Positions 1 to 12,330 of a DNA stretch of 64,000 nt are shown here, piece by piece. The position numbers were made by a program, and so were the translations under genes. Location of the stretch: NCBI RefSeq assembly GCF_963676685.1, contig NC_092354.1, positions 17,980,001 through 18,044,000 of the forward strand. The letters are read 5' to 3'. Numbering within the stretch: the first letter of the stretch is position 1; the number at the start of each line of letters is the position of its first letter. Origin of the DNA: Mytilus edulis. Taxonomy: Eukaryota. A model generated the notes under the pieces. It had not been told where the DNA came from, searched no databases, and was given only the letters and a program-made list of their open reading frames with translations.

Positions 1-449
1 TAGTCTATAAGCTACCCGAAGTTTGTTCTCTAAGGAAAAAGATATTATACAAGCAATTAAACATGGACATAAAAAAACACACATTTAATTTGATGATGGT
101 TTAATGAACTCAATTTTATTCATACACATATTTCTAGAAAAGTAAAGACAAAATCAAAACAAAATCAAACAAGCGAGTTGTTTACGAAAGACACGTTTTG
201 AATATTTGTCATGTCGTTTACCGTAATTTTATTTAAAATATTGACAAGTATAAGAATAGGCAGACAAGTACAAGAATAAGAGGTGACACCAACAAGATTT
301 AAAAAAAATATACAAAAAGGTATTATACTGATATGTTTTTAATTTAATTTGTTTAAGAAGATGCCGGAGATACTAAGAGGATATTATATAATCAGATTAT
401 TGATAGACAATACATGTGAAAAATTAAGTTAAATGTTTTGGGATTTAAG

Positions 450-3400
450 GATATACATCAGCAACCGGAAAAAACTGCAGACCCTGTCCAAACAACATGT
501 ACGGTGCAAGATGCGGATATGAGTGCTCTTGTTCAGTTTTTCAAACGTAATTAAATATATAGCAAATGTATTCTAATTTATTTCTACTGTGTGTAAAGAC
601 GCAAAACCAATTTCCCCTGAACTTTGTTTCGCGCAAAGTATCTCTCCAAAGAGTCCTACATCAAATCTACAATATAATAATATAGACCAATCTGTGTATT
701 TTGAAAATATTACAATAATTTGAATATACAACTATATTTGCAATGCCTGAAGATGGCCCAAAACCATGCGTATTTTAGATTTCCTATTATTTAAGTTCCA
801 GTAGATTTAAGCATACTGTACTTTCGTGCAAGAAAACACATCTCAGTGAAATTAACTTTTTTTAACCGATATTTTTCTTTTTTTAAATGATATCTTGAAT
901 TGATGTTCAATATGATGGTCTATTTATTCGAAATATTTGGAATTCCAGCCACCATTTCAATAATTACAATTGTAATGGTATCTTCCCTATTCAAACAAGT
1001 ATTGATTAACGAAAAATCATAAACTTTGAGTATTGAATCTACCAGATATACAATTTATGTTAAGTAAAAAATAGAAGTTGTTTTATAACTGTTTTGGACA
1101 TATTACCATTCGAAAAATGTTCAATTGATATTACACTCCAAGGCTTCAATAAGAATATATCGTACGTTTTACTAAAGTGTTCATGATTTGCTGAGACCTT
1201 TGTGAGTCCTTTTTTACCTTTGTCCGTCTGTATGTCTGCATATCTGTATGTTTATACCTACGTACGTCCCAAAATTGGTTTCTGTTCACTAACTGTAGTT
1301 TTCCTTACACAATGCTCATTAACATTAAATACAGATCAAGTTGAAGTTATATGCGTTCATTATTATCGTTTTAAAATGTTAGTAAAATGGCCATTGTTAC
1401 ATTATAGTTTGTTTCTGTGTGTGTTACATTTTTGTGATGTGTTTTTGTTGTGTCGTAGTTCTCTTATATTTAATATGTTTCTCTCAGTTTGATTTTTTTT
1501 TTTTTCTATCTATTTATGAATTTTGAACAGCGGTATACTTATGTTGCCTTTATTTACCCCTTTACAAATCGTTTTCGTTCTTTCGCCTACAAATTTTGGT
1601 GGTGTCACTATTACTGTTCTTGAGTTATGTTCCTTTTTAACGTTATCATAAGCGGACTATCATATTTGTCCCATGAACATGTTTTAATTTATTTTCTGAT
1701 TAGATTTTGTGAAATACATTACAGATACATTTATAAAAAAGAAGATGTGGTATGATTGTCAATGAAGCAATCCCCACAAGAGACCAAAATGACACATAAA
1801 TTAACAACTATAGGTCACTGTAGAGCCTTAAACAATGAGGAAAGCACAGACACCTCTTCGTGTTGAGTACACACACTCATACGCTTATATTAGTTAAGAG
1901 TATTTGTTAAAATGTATGCATATTTAAATCTGCCTACCAGCTGTATAAATACGAGCTGAAATTAAATGTGTTTTTTCATGTAGATTTATTTAATTCCAGA
2001 TGTGACAAGGTGGAAGGTTGTGTTGATGTTTCCTCACAAAATGGCACCTTAGTGATAACAACATCGGGTAAGGAATATCAGTAACATAAATGTTAATTGC
2101 CATAAATACCGAACTTCAGAGTGATTGTAAAACTTTATATTCTAAAGAAAATGTGAATTAGATGTAAGTACTAGAAAACTCCAAAGATATGCTGAGAACC
2201 TATGATGTTAGGCTCTCAAATCTATAGCAGTAGTACTAGTAATAACATATTTTACTTTTCTATCCTTTATATTAGTATTCCTCATTTAAACCCTTAACAC
2301 AAATTGGAAGATTTGGTCCTGCTCTGTTTCGTTTTGAAAATGCAAGAATCGTGTTTTAAGGAGAAGTAAGTTGTATTTTGTTTACAGTTTTTGTGTTTTT
2401 TCTATGTTGTGATTTGTATACTATTGTTTTTCTTGGATTGTTTCTTGGTTTTTGTCACTGCTAAAACATTTGACTTTTCTACTCTTTACACAAGTATTCC
2501 ACATTCCAAATTAAAAGACAAACTGAAAAAGTTGTTATTGCTTTGCTTCATAAAAAAGAATGGCCAACGTTGATACAAGTATCTTGTCTTAGAGAGGGAT
2601 ACATTCTTCATTGTAAAGGATCACTCTGGTTCAAACAAAATTTTCTCTGAAACTGATAATATCTAGATGCTTGATTTTTTTAATGACAACATATTTGTTA
2701 CGTTCGGAAGATGTGCTTTTGGGAACAAATTGTGCCCCTCTACTTGCCGACTTGTTTCTTTATTATTATGAGGCTGACTTCATTCAGGAACTTCTTAGTA
2801 AGAAAGATAAGAAGTTAGCAATATCTTTTAACCCTACTTTCCGCTATATAGATGATGTTCCTTCACTAAATAATTCAAAATTTGGTGACTATGTGGAACG
2901 CATCTATCCCATCGAACTAGAGATAAAGGATTCTACAGATACAGTTAAGTCGGCTTCATATCTTGTCTAACATCTAGAAATTAAGAATGACGGTCGGTTG
3001 AAAACAAAACTTTATGACAAAAGAGATGATTTCAGCTTTTCAATTGTGAACTTTCCATTTCTAAGTAGCAACATTCCAGCAGCACCTGCAGACGGGGTAT
3101 ATATCTCCCAATTGATACGATATTCCCGTGATTGCATTTCCTATCATGATTTTCTTGATAGAGGGTTGCTGCTCACAAGGAAGCTATTAAACCAAGAGTT
3201 CCAAATGGTGAAATTGAAATCATCCCTTCGTAAATTTTAAGGACGCCATCACGAGTTGGTTGACCGTTATGGAATATCCGTTTCACAATGATATCGGATA
3301 TGTTCCTTACGTCGTAACTACAATCCATTCACTTCCCTGTCATGAATGTGACCTTCCGAATGAAACTTTTTACCGAATTTGTTATCACATAAGCAACACG

Positions 3401-6331
3401 ACGGGTGCCACATGTGAAGCAGGATTTGTTTACCATTCCGGAACACCTGAGATCACCCCTAGTTTTTGTGGGGTTCTTGTTGTTTTTTCTTTAGCTTTCT
3501 ATGTTGTGTCATGTGTACTATTGTTTGTCTGTTTGTCTTTTCATTTTTTAGCCATGGCGTTGTCAGTTTGTTTTAGATTTATGAGTTTGACTGCCCCTTT
3601 GGTATCTATCGTAAAGTGGCTTTACTAATAAAAACTAGATATGTAATAAGAAAGACGTCTAAACTGTATGAATTTGTATTGATGACTAAAGTACAAGATA
3701 ACGTCATAAGTAAACGACGTTGGATATACATTAATGCCGCGTTACGTGAACGTTCTCTTCTGTGCGTGATTACCAACAGTATCTTTCGTCCCTCTTTTGT
3801 AAGTTTGGCATCTTAGATTTGTAGTAGATGTGGTTCTATGTTAAGGAATGCTATAATGAGGATCTAAGGTTCTGATATATATTATCGTTAGTAGAAAAAC
3901 TCTTTCTGAAAAAGAACATAACATATATAAATAACTAGCTATTCAAGATAATATAAGTAAATACTTAAACGGAATATCACAGAGTGTTATTGTTGTGTAC
4001 CTTATAATGACGACTGATGTGTAGTTTTTTTTTTCTTGTTCTCATATCGCGGATCATAGGAAACGCAAATAATGGTTGGAACTAAGACAGTAATTTTAAC
4101 TCGTACTTTGAAATAAAATAATGTTGTTATTTGTAGATAGTACAACTTTACCACAGGAATTAGATACAAGTATTTAAAAAAAAAAAAAAGTATTTACGAT
4201 GAAAACACAGAAAAGAGCGTTCAAGGTACAAGCTTTTATCATCCTACTTGGAACTACCTTTTGAAATGCTTTTGCAAATTCAAAGTTCTTTTTCCTGTGC
4301 CTATTATATGTTGTTGCGTTGCATGCTTTCAGAAACAACGACTAATTCAGCTATCAGTTTTATCTGCACTAAAAAAAATGTATATTATAAAAATTGCAAA
4401 AGAGATCAAGAATGGTTAGTTCTGACAAATGAATCAACCGGAATGCAAGGCAAAATAATATAATACTGAAAACAAAACTTGTTATAAAGTTTTGATTTTT
4501 GTTTCATCTATTTAGTTGCACATGTACATGCACTGTGGGTAACCTAGATACCGTATAGCGGGTTATTTTCGCGGGGTGTAAATTTTCGCTTATTTTCGCG
4601 GATAGAACAAAATCACCAAAATAAATTCCGCCAATTTAAAAGTGTACATGCAAAGGTAATGTTAAAAATGTTGAATCCGCCAAAATAATAACCGCCAAAA
4701 TATTTCGTATACCTTATTCAATGAAAATCGCGAAATTTTGCACCCGCGAAAATAACCCGCTATACGGTAATATGTATTTTGTTATCATGTTTCGGTAAAA
4801 AATCCAGTTTTTGCATTTAGAAAGGCGATTCATATTTCCATATAAAAGTTATGATACGGTATCAATTTGATGACAAATCTGTAACTATGAAAAACGTCTG
4901 CATTTTAAGAATTGAAGTTAATGACAAGTTCAAGTGTGTCAACAGAATACTAGTTTCACCAAAACCAACACGAGAAAAATAATTTAAAACGTTATGGAAA
5001 TTATCAAATTCGAAGTCGGTAATACTTAAATATTTAAGTTGTTGGTTTTCTGGAAATAAAAACATAAGACATTTTAATGCAAAGAAAATCTGCCTTTGTC
5101 AATAAGAATTTGATTATTTCGTCTTGTTGTATCGATGTGTTCCTCCTTTTTGTGTTACCGAGAAGTTCAATACTGCTGTTATACTTTTTCTTCTAAAACC
5201 ATCAGAGTATGTTGGAATATCATTTGGTACTGATGTTGAGTATATTTAGTGTTTGATGTTGTCATTTCAGGATTGTTGTCAGGAAAGGTAATTGTAATCT
5301 ACATATTATCAGTTACATTGGTGGTTCTCGGAATATGTTTATGCTTTATATTCTACAAACACAAGATGAAAGCAACTATCACCCAATCACAAAACCCGTC
5401 GCCAATTCCAAACAGTCATCATATCGAAATGGAAGAACGTTTGTATGCCATTATCAATGACGCAGACATGCTTGACGAACAACAGCTGAAGGAAATTCAA
5501 ATTTCGACTGATTACCTCGATGTAATAAGCGGATCAAACAGCTCCGGAAGTGGTGAAGGCCCAAATGATGACGCAGCTATCACCCGATCACAATATCCTT
5601 CGCCAACTCCAACCAGTCATCATATCGAAATGGAAGAACGTTTGTATGCCATTATCAATGACGCAGACATGCTTGACACACAACAGCTGAAGGAAATTCA
5701 AATGTCGGCTGATTACCTCGATGTAATAAGCGGATCAACCAGCTCCAGAAGTGGTGAAGGCCCAAATGCAGATACCAATGAAATCATTTTCAAGTCGTTG
5801 TCAGCTAATCAGATGAAAATCCTGGTCAACAAAGTAATATGTAGTTCTTTAAATAATAGTGAAAGTACATTATCGTCTAGAGATGATAGCCGGGAAACAA
5901 CACAAGATTACTTAAATCCATATCAGTCCGTGATTAAAACGTCAACACCAAGCATTCGAGAATATCTTACATTAGCAACAGTACACAACATAACAGAGAG
6001 TACTGAGTTCGATAAACAATCAGGTTCACTTAGAAATAATGAGAATATACTTCGGGATCCGAAGGACCTAGAGGAGATCGGTTTGCGGCAACCATATAAA
6101 TTATACGAAAATTTCTCAATTGGCGTTGGATATGCAGTCTATCAGAATTGTTTATCAATTAAAAGGGAACGTGAATCGAAATCGTGCGAAAATTTGAATA
6201 TCAACTGGTTGAAAATAAAAACATTTTCCGCAAAAGACGTTAACAATAAAACATCAAGTGAAGATAATAGCTTTGACTATTATAATATATTCAAAACTAA
6301 ATCAGAAAGCGACTTATTTCGTAAGCAATAA
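450..6331 (+). CDS. EGF-like (MEGF10/SCARF-type) single-pass receptor, 5'-incomplete, spliced
   Basis: Phase-consistent exons: 450-546 (GYTSATGKNCRPCPNNMYGARCGYECSCSVFQ), 2000-2067 (CDKVEGCVDVSSQNGTLVITTS), 4137-4169 (DSTTLPQELDT) and 5271-6331. CP-x3-YG-x2-C-x3-CxC...C-x4-GC is the MEGF/SREC-type EGF pattern. The acceptor at 449 is weak and upstream exons were not found. Confidence 0.7.
2458..3800 (+). mobile_element. 5'-truncated, degraded Penelope-like retroelement (RT and 3' tail) in an intron of gene 1
   Basis: Broken ORFs carry KTFDFSTLYTSIPH, GTNCAPLLADLFL, FRYIDDV and KLYDKRDDFSF..SNIP..GVYISQLIRY; several stops and frameshifts; the 3' tail recurs at about 34872-35122. Confidence 0.85.
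4551..4767. mobile_element. MITE with TA target duplication (Tc1/mariner-type)
   Basis: TIR CCGTATAGCGGGTTATTTTCGCGGG at both ends, flanked by TA. Confidence 0.9.
5271..6331 (+). CDS. Terminal exon of gene 1: TM helix and Tyr-motif cytoplasmic tail
   Basis: Acceptor catttcag at 5270; hydrophobic VIVIYILSVTLVVLGICLCFIFY followed by KHKMK; tail motifs YAII x2, YLDV x2, YQSV, YLTL; AATAAA overlaps the stop codon. Confidence 0.85.
5372..5773 (+). repeat. In-frame 201-bp (67-aa) tandem duplication
   Basis: 5372-5572 and 5573-5773 both encode ..SHHIEMEERLYAIINDADMLD.QQLKEIQ.S.DYLDVISGS..S.SGEGPN. Confidence 0.95.
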
Positions 6332-7005
6332 AATGTTCATAAAAACAAAATCGAGGAGTCATGCATCAATGCTCATTGCATAACTTGTATGTTATAAAAG
6401 TTTCTTTTTATTTATGAATCATAATACATCAATATTGCAGTTTAAAATACTGAATATACGATGATACACAAGTTTACGCATTATACGAGAACTATCAAAG
6501 CTTAGAACTACATGACTGTATAGTTTTGCTACATATTGATGTTGATATTTAACAAAATAAGTAAAGTGCGCATTGCTTATTTTAATCAATGGCATTATGT
6601 ACAGTGATTTGATGTAAAAATAAGTAATAACTAATTAAACATGTTTGAAAGCCAACTACTAGGTTATTATATTTTTTTTGTTCTGTCATCTGATATTTAC
6701 AATCATATTCTACCGAAACCAAATTGTTGGTTGAAAATAATGTCGAATTGTCCTGTAATAAGCTTTACATATTAAAACCCATTAGGGTTACAATATCTAC
6801 GCTACTTCTGATGTTGAATTAGAACTTCAAATTAAATACTAGTAAAAACAGCTTGACTGGTTGATAAAAAGTAAAAGAAAAACGTCGTGTATCACGTTTC
6901 TTTTCATTATATCGTAATTATTTCCGCACAATGTAGACTCCTAAATATTAAGTTTTCGCCCCTAAATGAGGCGCGTTTTATTTTAATTAATTGTAACGTA
7001 TGTTT

Positions 7006-8293
7006 AACAAAAATATGTCAATAGTACACGCATGTTCCATCTGCACTATCATTTTCTATGTTCAGTGGACCGTGATTTTGGGGTAAAATCCCTAATTTGA
7101 CATTATAATTAAAAAGATCATATCACAGGGAACAGGTGTACTAAGTTTCAATTTGATATATAGGACTTCAACTTCATCATGTTCATCAAAAACTACTCTG
7201 AAAAAAACTATAACTAAAAAGAACTTTTACCTTAAGATGGACAGACGGACGGACGAATGGACAAACGTACGGGCGAATAGACGCACAGACCAGAAAACAT
7301 AAGGCAACAACTATTTTCTTATCGGGGGAAGGGGGGGGGGGGCAGGGCTTGGATTTTTATTTTGTTCATAAATTTTTTCAGAACCTTCGTCCGATAATTT
7401 TTCTTTCTTTCTTTTGAGAAGGAAAGTAATTTTTGTTTTCCTATAATGTGGAACAGAAACACATTTTTTTTTTCGTCTCATAACCATAAAATTTACATAA
7501 AATTTATTTTAATTTTTTAATTGATGTAAAAGGTGAAGTGCATGGCTCTGTCTATATCCTGGCATTGGCTGTTGTCTCTGTGTTTTTTTTTTTTCGCCCA
7601 CTTTCTACATTATGACCACGACCTATTCTCTTAGTGACAGTCCGTCTTATAGGTATCACAGTCCCTATGAAATGGCAAAAAGTTAGTAGTTTCAAATTAT
7701 AAACATCCACTGTTTCCAACTATGATAATTGACATTCCATTGAAAAACGAGGTATAAAGAATGATACAGAATGATACAAAGGAAAATACTACCGGTATAC
7801 AAGTCTGTGCCATACACAATCAGGGCCTTTAAAAGACTACTTATGATACCATATATATCCCTGTTATTAAAGGACCATTGCATGTTTATAATAGTTGCAG
7901 TTTTAAGTATGTCTTAATGTAGTAGCATACATGCGGGAGATTTGGAATGCTTTTAAATATTGTTGGATCAAACACTATAACAGGAAAATACAAAAAGTAA
8001 TAAGGCATTTAAATAGAAATCTTAGGGTAATCTATATATACCCTGGACAGATGTTTATAATCTGCTGTTTCACTGTCTCAACTGTTGTTAGTTTCATTAT
8101 TCTCAAATTCAGCAGTGCACAATTTTTTTTTCAAGCAGGTGACAGCATAATTATTTTTTCAGCAACAGTGCAAAACCTTTTTTTTTCTTTTAGCTAGGCC
8201 ATTAAATTATTTTTTTCAAAAAAAAATCCCCCACCCCCATCCCTCTCAAGTTAAGAAAATGATTGTAGCCTAATGCCCATAAACTGGGCATAA
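7006..8293 (-). mobile_element. HINE/Helentron-type non-autonomous element (GACG microsatellite), interrupted by a MITE
   Basis: Reverse-complement match to the copy at 61705-61961; gacg/ggac repeats at about 7240-7290; sequence resumes after 8270. Confidence 0.7.
7303..8270. mobile_element. PIF/Harbinger-type MITE with TAA TSD
   Basis: Imperfect TIR GGCAACAACTATTTTCTT ... AAGAAAATGATTGTAGCC; TAA on both sides; removing it restores the host sequence cagaaaacataatgccc. Confidence 0.75.
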
Positions 8294-8379
8294 TAAATAG
8301 GGTATAAAAAAAGCAATCATATATATATATATATGTCAAAAAACACATGTTTGAATGGGTTGATGATAAAATGTGTATT

Positions 8380-10665
8380 TTAGGCTTATATAGACAAGTT
8401 TATTTAACAATATTTAAATGACTTATATCTGTATAGTCTAGACTATTTAAAGTACAAACTTGACCTTGGCAATACTATTTATAATTTCAGTATCGCCATT
8501 TTTTTGTCCAGGACAACATTTATATTGATAAACGATTATAAAGAATACCTTTATAATTTCTTAATCAAATATCAAGGATTGTTTGGATTTGTTAATAAAC
8601 AACGTAAATAAAATGTAAGTAATGTCTCTAACTAAGTTCATATTTTAACTTTCGATTTAGCTTTGCTACACATACATATTTATAAAACAAACAAACAAAT
8701 TCGTCAATAATGAAGCGTCAAATGAGCAGTCAAATTATAGTAATCTTAAAATTAAAATAAGGAGATGCATGTGGTTGGATTACTAATTAGACAAGTATAC
8801 CAGAGTTTACATGACATGTATATAAGCAATTATATGTCACCGTACTGGTTCCAACAAGACTTCGGCCGGCATGAAAAATGTTTATACGAAAATAAAAAAA
8901 TTACAACCTTATACATAACAATACAGTTACGAAAAACAAATTTTACTGACATGAACCAAAAAAAAATTCAGATTAACCAGGGTCGGATCAAGCCATATCT
9001 AAAGCGAGGACCCCTCCCTAAATAAAAAGGGGGTTTCAGCTATTGGTCTCCATTCAAATGCATTGATCGTCAACAAAAAGGGTTCCAAATCCCGTAATTC
9101 CTCCTTTGAATCCTCTACTGATTACAGGCTCATAAATTTATATGAACATACATATATAATTTAACAATGGACTAAAACATGACAAAAAGAGATAACAAAA
9201 CTAAACAATGTCAAATCTTCCACTGCACTAAAAGAATTGAATAAGTACTTCTCTATTGTAATTAATGGAGGGCAGATATCAGAAATGAAAATCATGCTGA
9301 TTCTTTTTTCTCAAATTATGTGCACAACCAACTCAATCAAAGTTTTTTTTTTTTAGTTGGAGCGCCAAACGTAAATTTAAAAAGAACGCCTTTCATTCAA
9401 AGTTTACCCCTTAAAGTTCAGACAGAAAAACAACAAAAAAACGTTGCGTATCACGTTTCTATTTCATTATTTATGGAGTCTTTATTTCTTACAATTTAAA
9501 CTCATTTTCTTCCCTTCTAGTGTTTTATTAATCAACTGTAACCTAAAACATATTAAAAAAAAACAATCATACAGGTATGACAACAAACACATTTTGGTTA
9601 ATAGATAGAAGAAAAAAATATGCATTTAAAGCTTACAAGTTTATTTATCAATTACATTTAAATGACTAAATCATTTAAAAAAACAGAATTGACCTTTGTA
9701 AAATTATTTATAGAAATATATGTCGGTGTCGCCATTTTGTTTGAAGAACAACATTATATTGATAAGCGATTCAAAAAGAATACCTTTATAATTTCTTAAT
9801 AAAAAATCAAGGATTGTTTGGATTTGTTAATAATCAACGTAAATAAAATGTAAGTAATGTCTATAACTAAGTTCATATTATAACTTTCGATTTAGCTTTG
9901 CTACACACACATATTTATAAAATAAACAAACAAGTTCGTCAATAATGAAGATTCAAAGGGACAGTCCATTTATAGTCTTCTTTAAATTGTAATAAGCAGA
10001 TACTTGTGGTTTGATTACCAATTAGACCAGTATACCAGAGTTCACGTGACGTGGATATAGGCAATTATATATATGTTACTGTATTGCCTTCAAGAGATTG
10101 GGCGGCATGAAAAATGTAAAAAAAAATTTTAAAAAATACGAACAATCTTATAAATAATACAATTTACGAAAGACAAATTCTACCGACATGAACGACAGCC
10201 CCACACTAACCAGCGGCGGATCAAGCCATTTTTAAAACAAGGACCGAACCCAGAATAAAAAGGGGGGTTCCATTTTTTTATCATTTCATATGCATTGTTT
10301 GTCAACTATGGAGGGGGTTCAACTCCCGGAACCCCTTCTCTGAATCCGCTACTGATAACAAGCTCATACATTTGAACATACATATATGATTTAACAATGA
10401 ACTGAATCATAACAATAAAGGGAGATAACAAAACTAAACAATGTCAAATCTTCAACTGCACTTAATGAATTGAATAAGTACTTCATTATTGTAATTAATG
10501 GAGGGTATACAATGTAGCGAGATTTCAGAAATATAAACCATGCTGATTTCTTTTTCTTAAATTGGATGCACAACAAGCTCAATCAAATTAATGAGTTGTT
10601 TTTTAAAGTTGGAGCGCCGAATTTAAATTTAAAGAGAAGTTCAACGCCTTTTGTTCAAAGTTTAC
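8380..10665 (+). repeat. Diverged tandem segmental duplication, period about 1.25 kb
   Basis: About 8380-9407 aligns with about 9625-10665 (for example aaagaatacctttataatttcttaat...tcaaggattgtttggatttgttaat); 6875-6910 matches 9435-9470. Confidence 0.85.
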
Positions 10666-10984
10666 AACTGTAACAGCCCAGGTTGTGATAAGGGACTCCT
10701 GCGACAGTACTCCAGTGCACTTCTAGCTGAAATACATGTAGCCAACCAAAAACGTTATCAACAAGGGGATTAAGAAATGGATTTTGAAAATTAAAAAGGG
10801 TCTGGCATCTAGTTGATGTAATATATATATTTAGTGATTCTAAAAATAAAACAAATGGGTTAATGTCCCTTGAAGGTGAATAGTAGGTACCTTTAAGAAA
10901 ATCGATTTGGAGAAGTTTGTGATTTTTATTCAAGGGTAAAATATCGTAATGATAGGCCACACAAAAATTACAAAATGAGTTATT

Positions 10985-11390
10985 GATTATTTTTGGTTGC
11001 TCTACGTCCAGTGGTGAATATTTCATGCATATTCAGGACAAGTACATGTCGACTTCACAATACATACAGGTAGGTTCTGAAATAAAAGTCGTCCGAGATG
11101 AAGATCGGGGCAATTTTTGACCACCATTGGAAAATTACAGGACAGGAAAAAATGACTTGCAACAGACCACCTACCGATCCCTCAACGGATTTTATCTAGC
11201 AGATTTTTTAGCATCGGATTTTATGTTTCTTTATGATCGCACATTACTGCGTACTTGTACATGCTGCACAGCCAAACAAACGCCACACTCAAGTGTGTTA
11301 AGGTTAGTCATTAGGAGACCTAAGTGACCATATTTATATTCCACAGTCACCTATGAATTAGACATTCTTGACTGGAACTAACAGTACAAG
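10985..11390 (-). mobile_element. SINE/LINE-tail repeat family (related copies at about 17348-17740 and 43320-43580)
   Basis: Shared tail acgtccagtgg..aatatttcatgcatattcaggac and shared downstream body in three copies. Confidence 0.6.
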
Positions 11391-11440
11391 TTTGAGCTTT
11401 CTAGAAAGCTAACGACTGCTTTGCTGTTTCATAATTTAAG
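11380..11440 (+). other. Putative non-coding first exon of gene 2
   Basis: Consensus donor AAG|GTAAGT at 11440/11441 upstream of the acceptor at 12309; the 5' boundary is a guess. Confidence 0.4.
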
Positions 11441-12070
11441 GTAAGTTTTTGTCATATAAAAAGGTAAATAACTCAATTCTTTAAAATATTTATAACAGAA
11501 TCAAAGTTCTTTTATATAAATTGTAACGTAAACTTAACCCACAAAAGAACACAAGGCCTACGTTTACATTGACTACTGACGGTGTGTAGTCAATCCCTGC
11601 TTTAAACTATCTCAATGTAAACACGGCCATACTCTGGTTTAACCTTTTTTATTTTATTTTTTTTATTTTGTGGATAACAAACGGGAGATATTGTGCATTT
11701 GATAATGATGCAAAATCTGTAATTGAGGTCAAGTATTTTAAAAGACAGGAAAATAATCCGTACCACTGTTTTAACGGAAACAACACTAGTAAATATAAAA
11801 AAAAACAACGGTATGCAATATTTAGATTATACACAAATGTTTTATAACAATAAAATCAAAGTCATAGTAGATTGAAATACTGCGGAAAAGTCGGAAAGTG
11901 TTCAAAACCTTTAAAACTTTTTTAGGTTCATCCCATTTCTTAATTGGATTAATGATAACATGATAACGGACTCTTTCTCTCTCTTATGATATTGAATTAG
12001 TATGCGTGTGTGTCTCTCTTCTTCTTTTGTTTGTGTTGATGTTTTTAATTACTGCGTAACTTGTTTAAAT

Positions 12071-12218
12071 CAGTGGCGGATCCAGAAATTTTGATAAGTG
12101 GGGGCCCACTGACTGCCTAAGAGGGGACCCGCTCCGGTTATACTTCAGTGATTCCCTATATAATCAACCCAGAAAAGGGGGCCCGGGCCCCCATGTGCCC
12201 CCCTCTAAATTCGCCTCT
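12071..12218. mobile_element. GC-rich MITE family CAGTGGCGGATCCAG (relatives at about 8978-9120, 10211-10353, 15270-15396, 44448-44530, 56300-56420, 59047-59212)
   Basis: Recurrent termini cagtggcggatcc ... gatccgccactg around G/C-run cores. Confidence 0.7.
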
Positions 12219-12330
12219 TTTGTTTTCGTCTTTTAATGCTCTTAAATAAATATGTGAATAATTAAATACCAAATTGAATGGTTTTTTTTTTATCTTTTTA
12301 TTGTAACAGATTTCCACTGAAGATGTTTAA

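Noticed and set aside
3341-3395. SECIS-like hairpin (AUGAA-stem-AA) in the Penelope-like 3' tail
   Set aside because: The 3' side reads UAAG rather than the required UGAN in both copies in the window, and the stem is poorly paired.
11882-11900. ISRE-like GGAAAAGTCGGAAAGT in gene 2 intron 1
   Set aside because: Spacing does not fit GAAANNGAAA, and such motifs are common by chance in AT-rich DNA.
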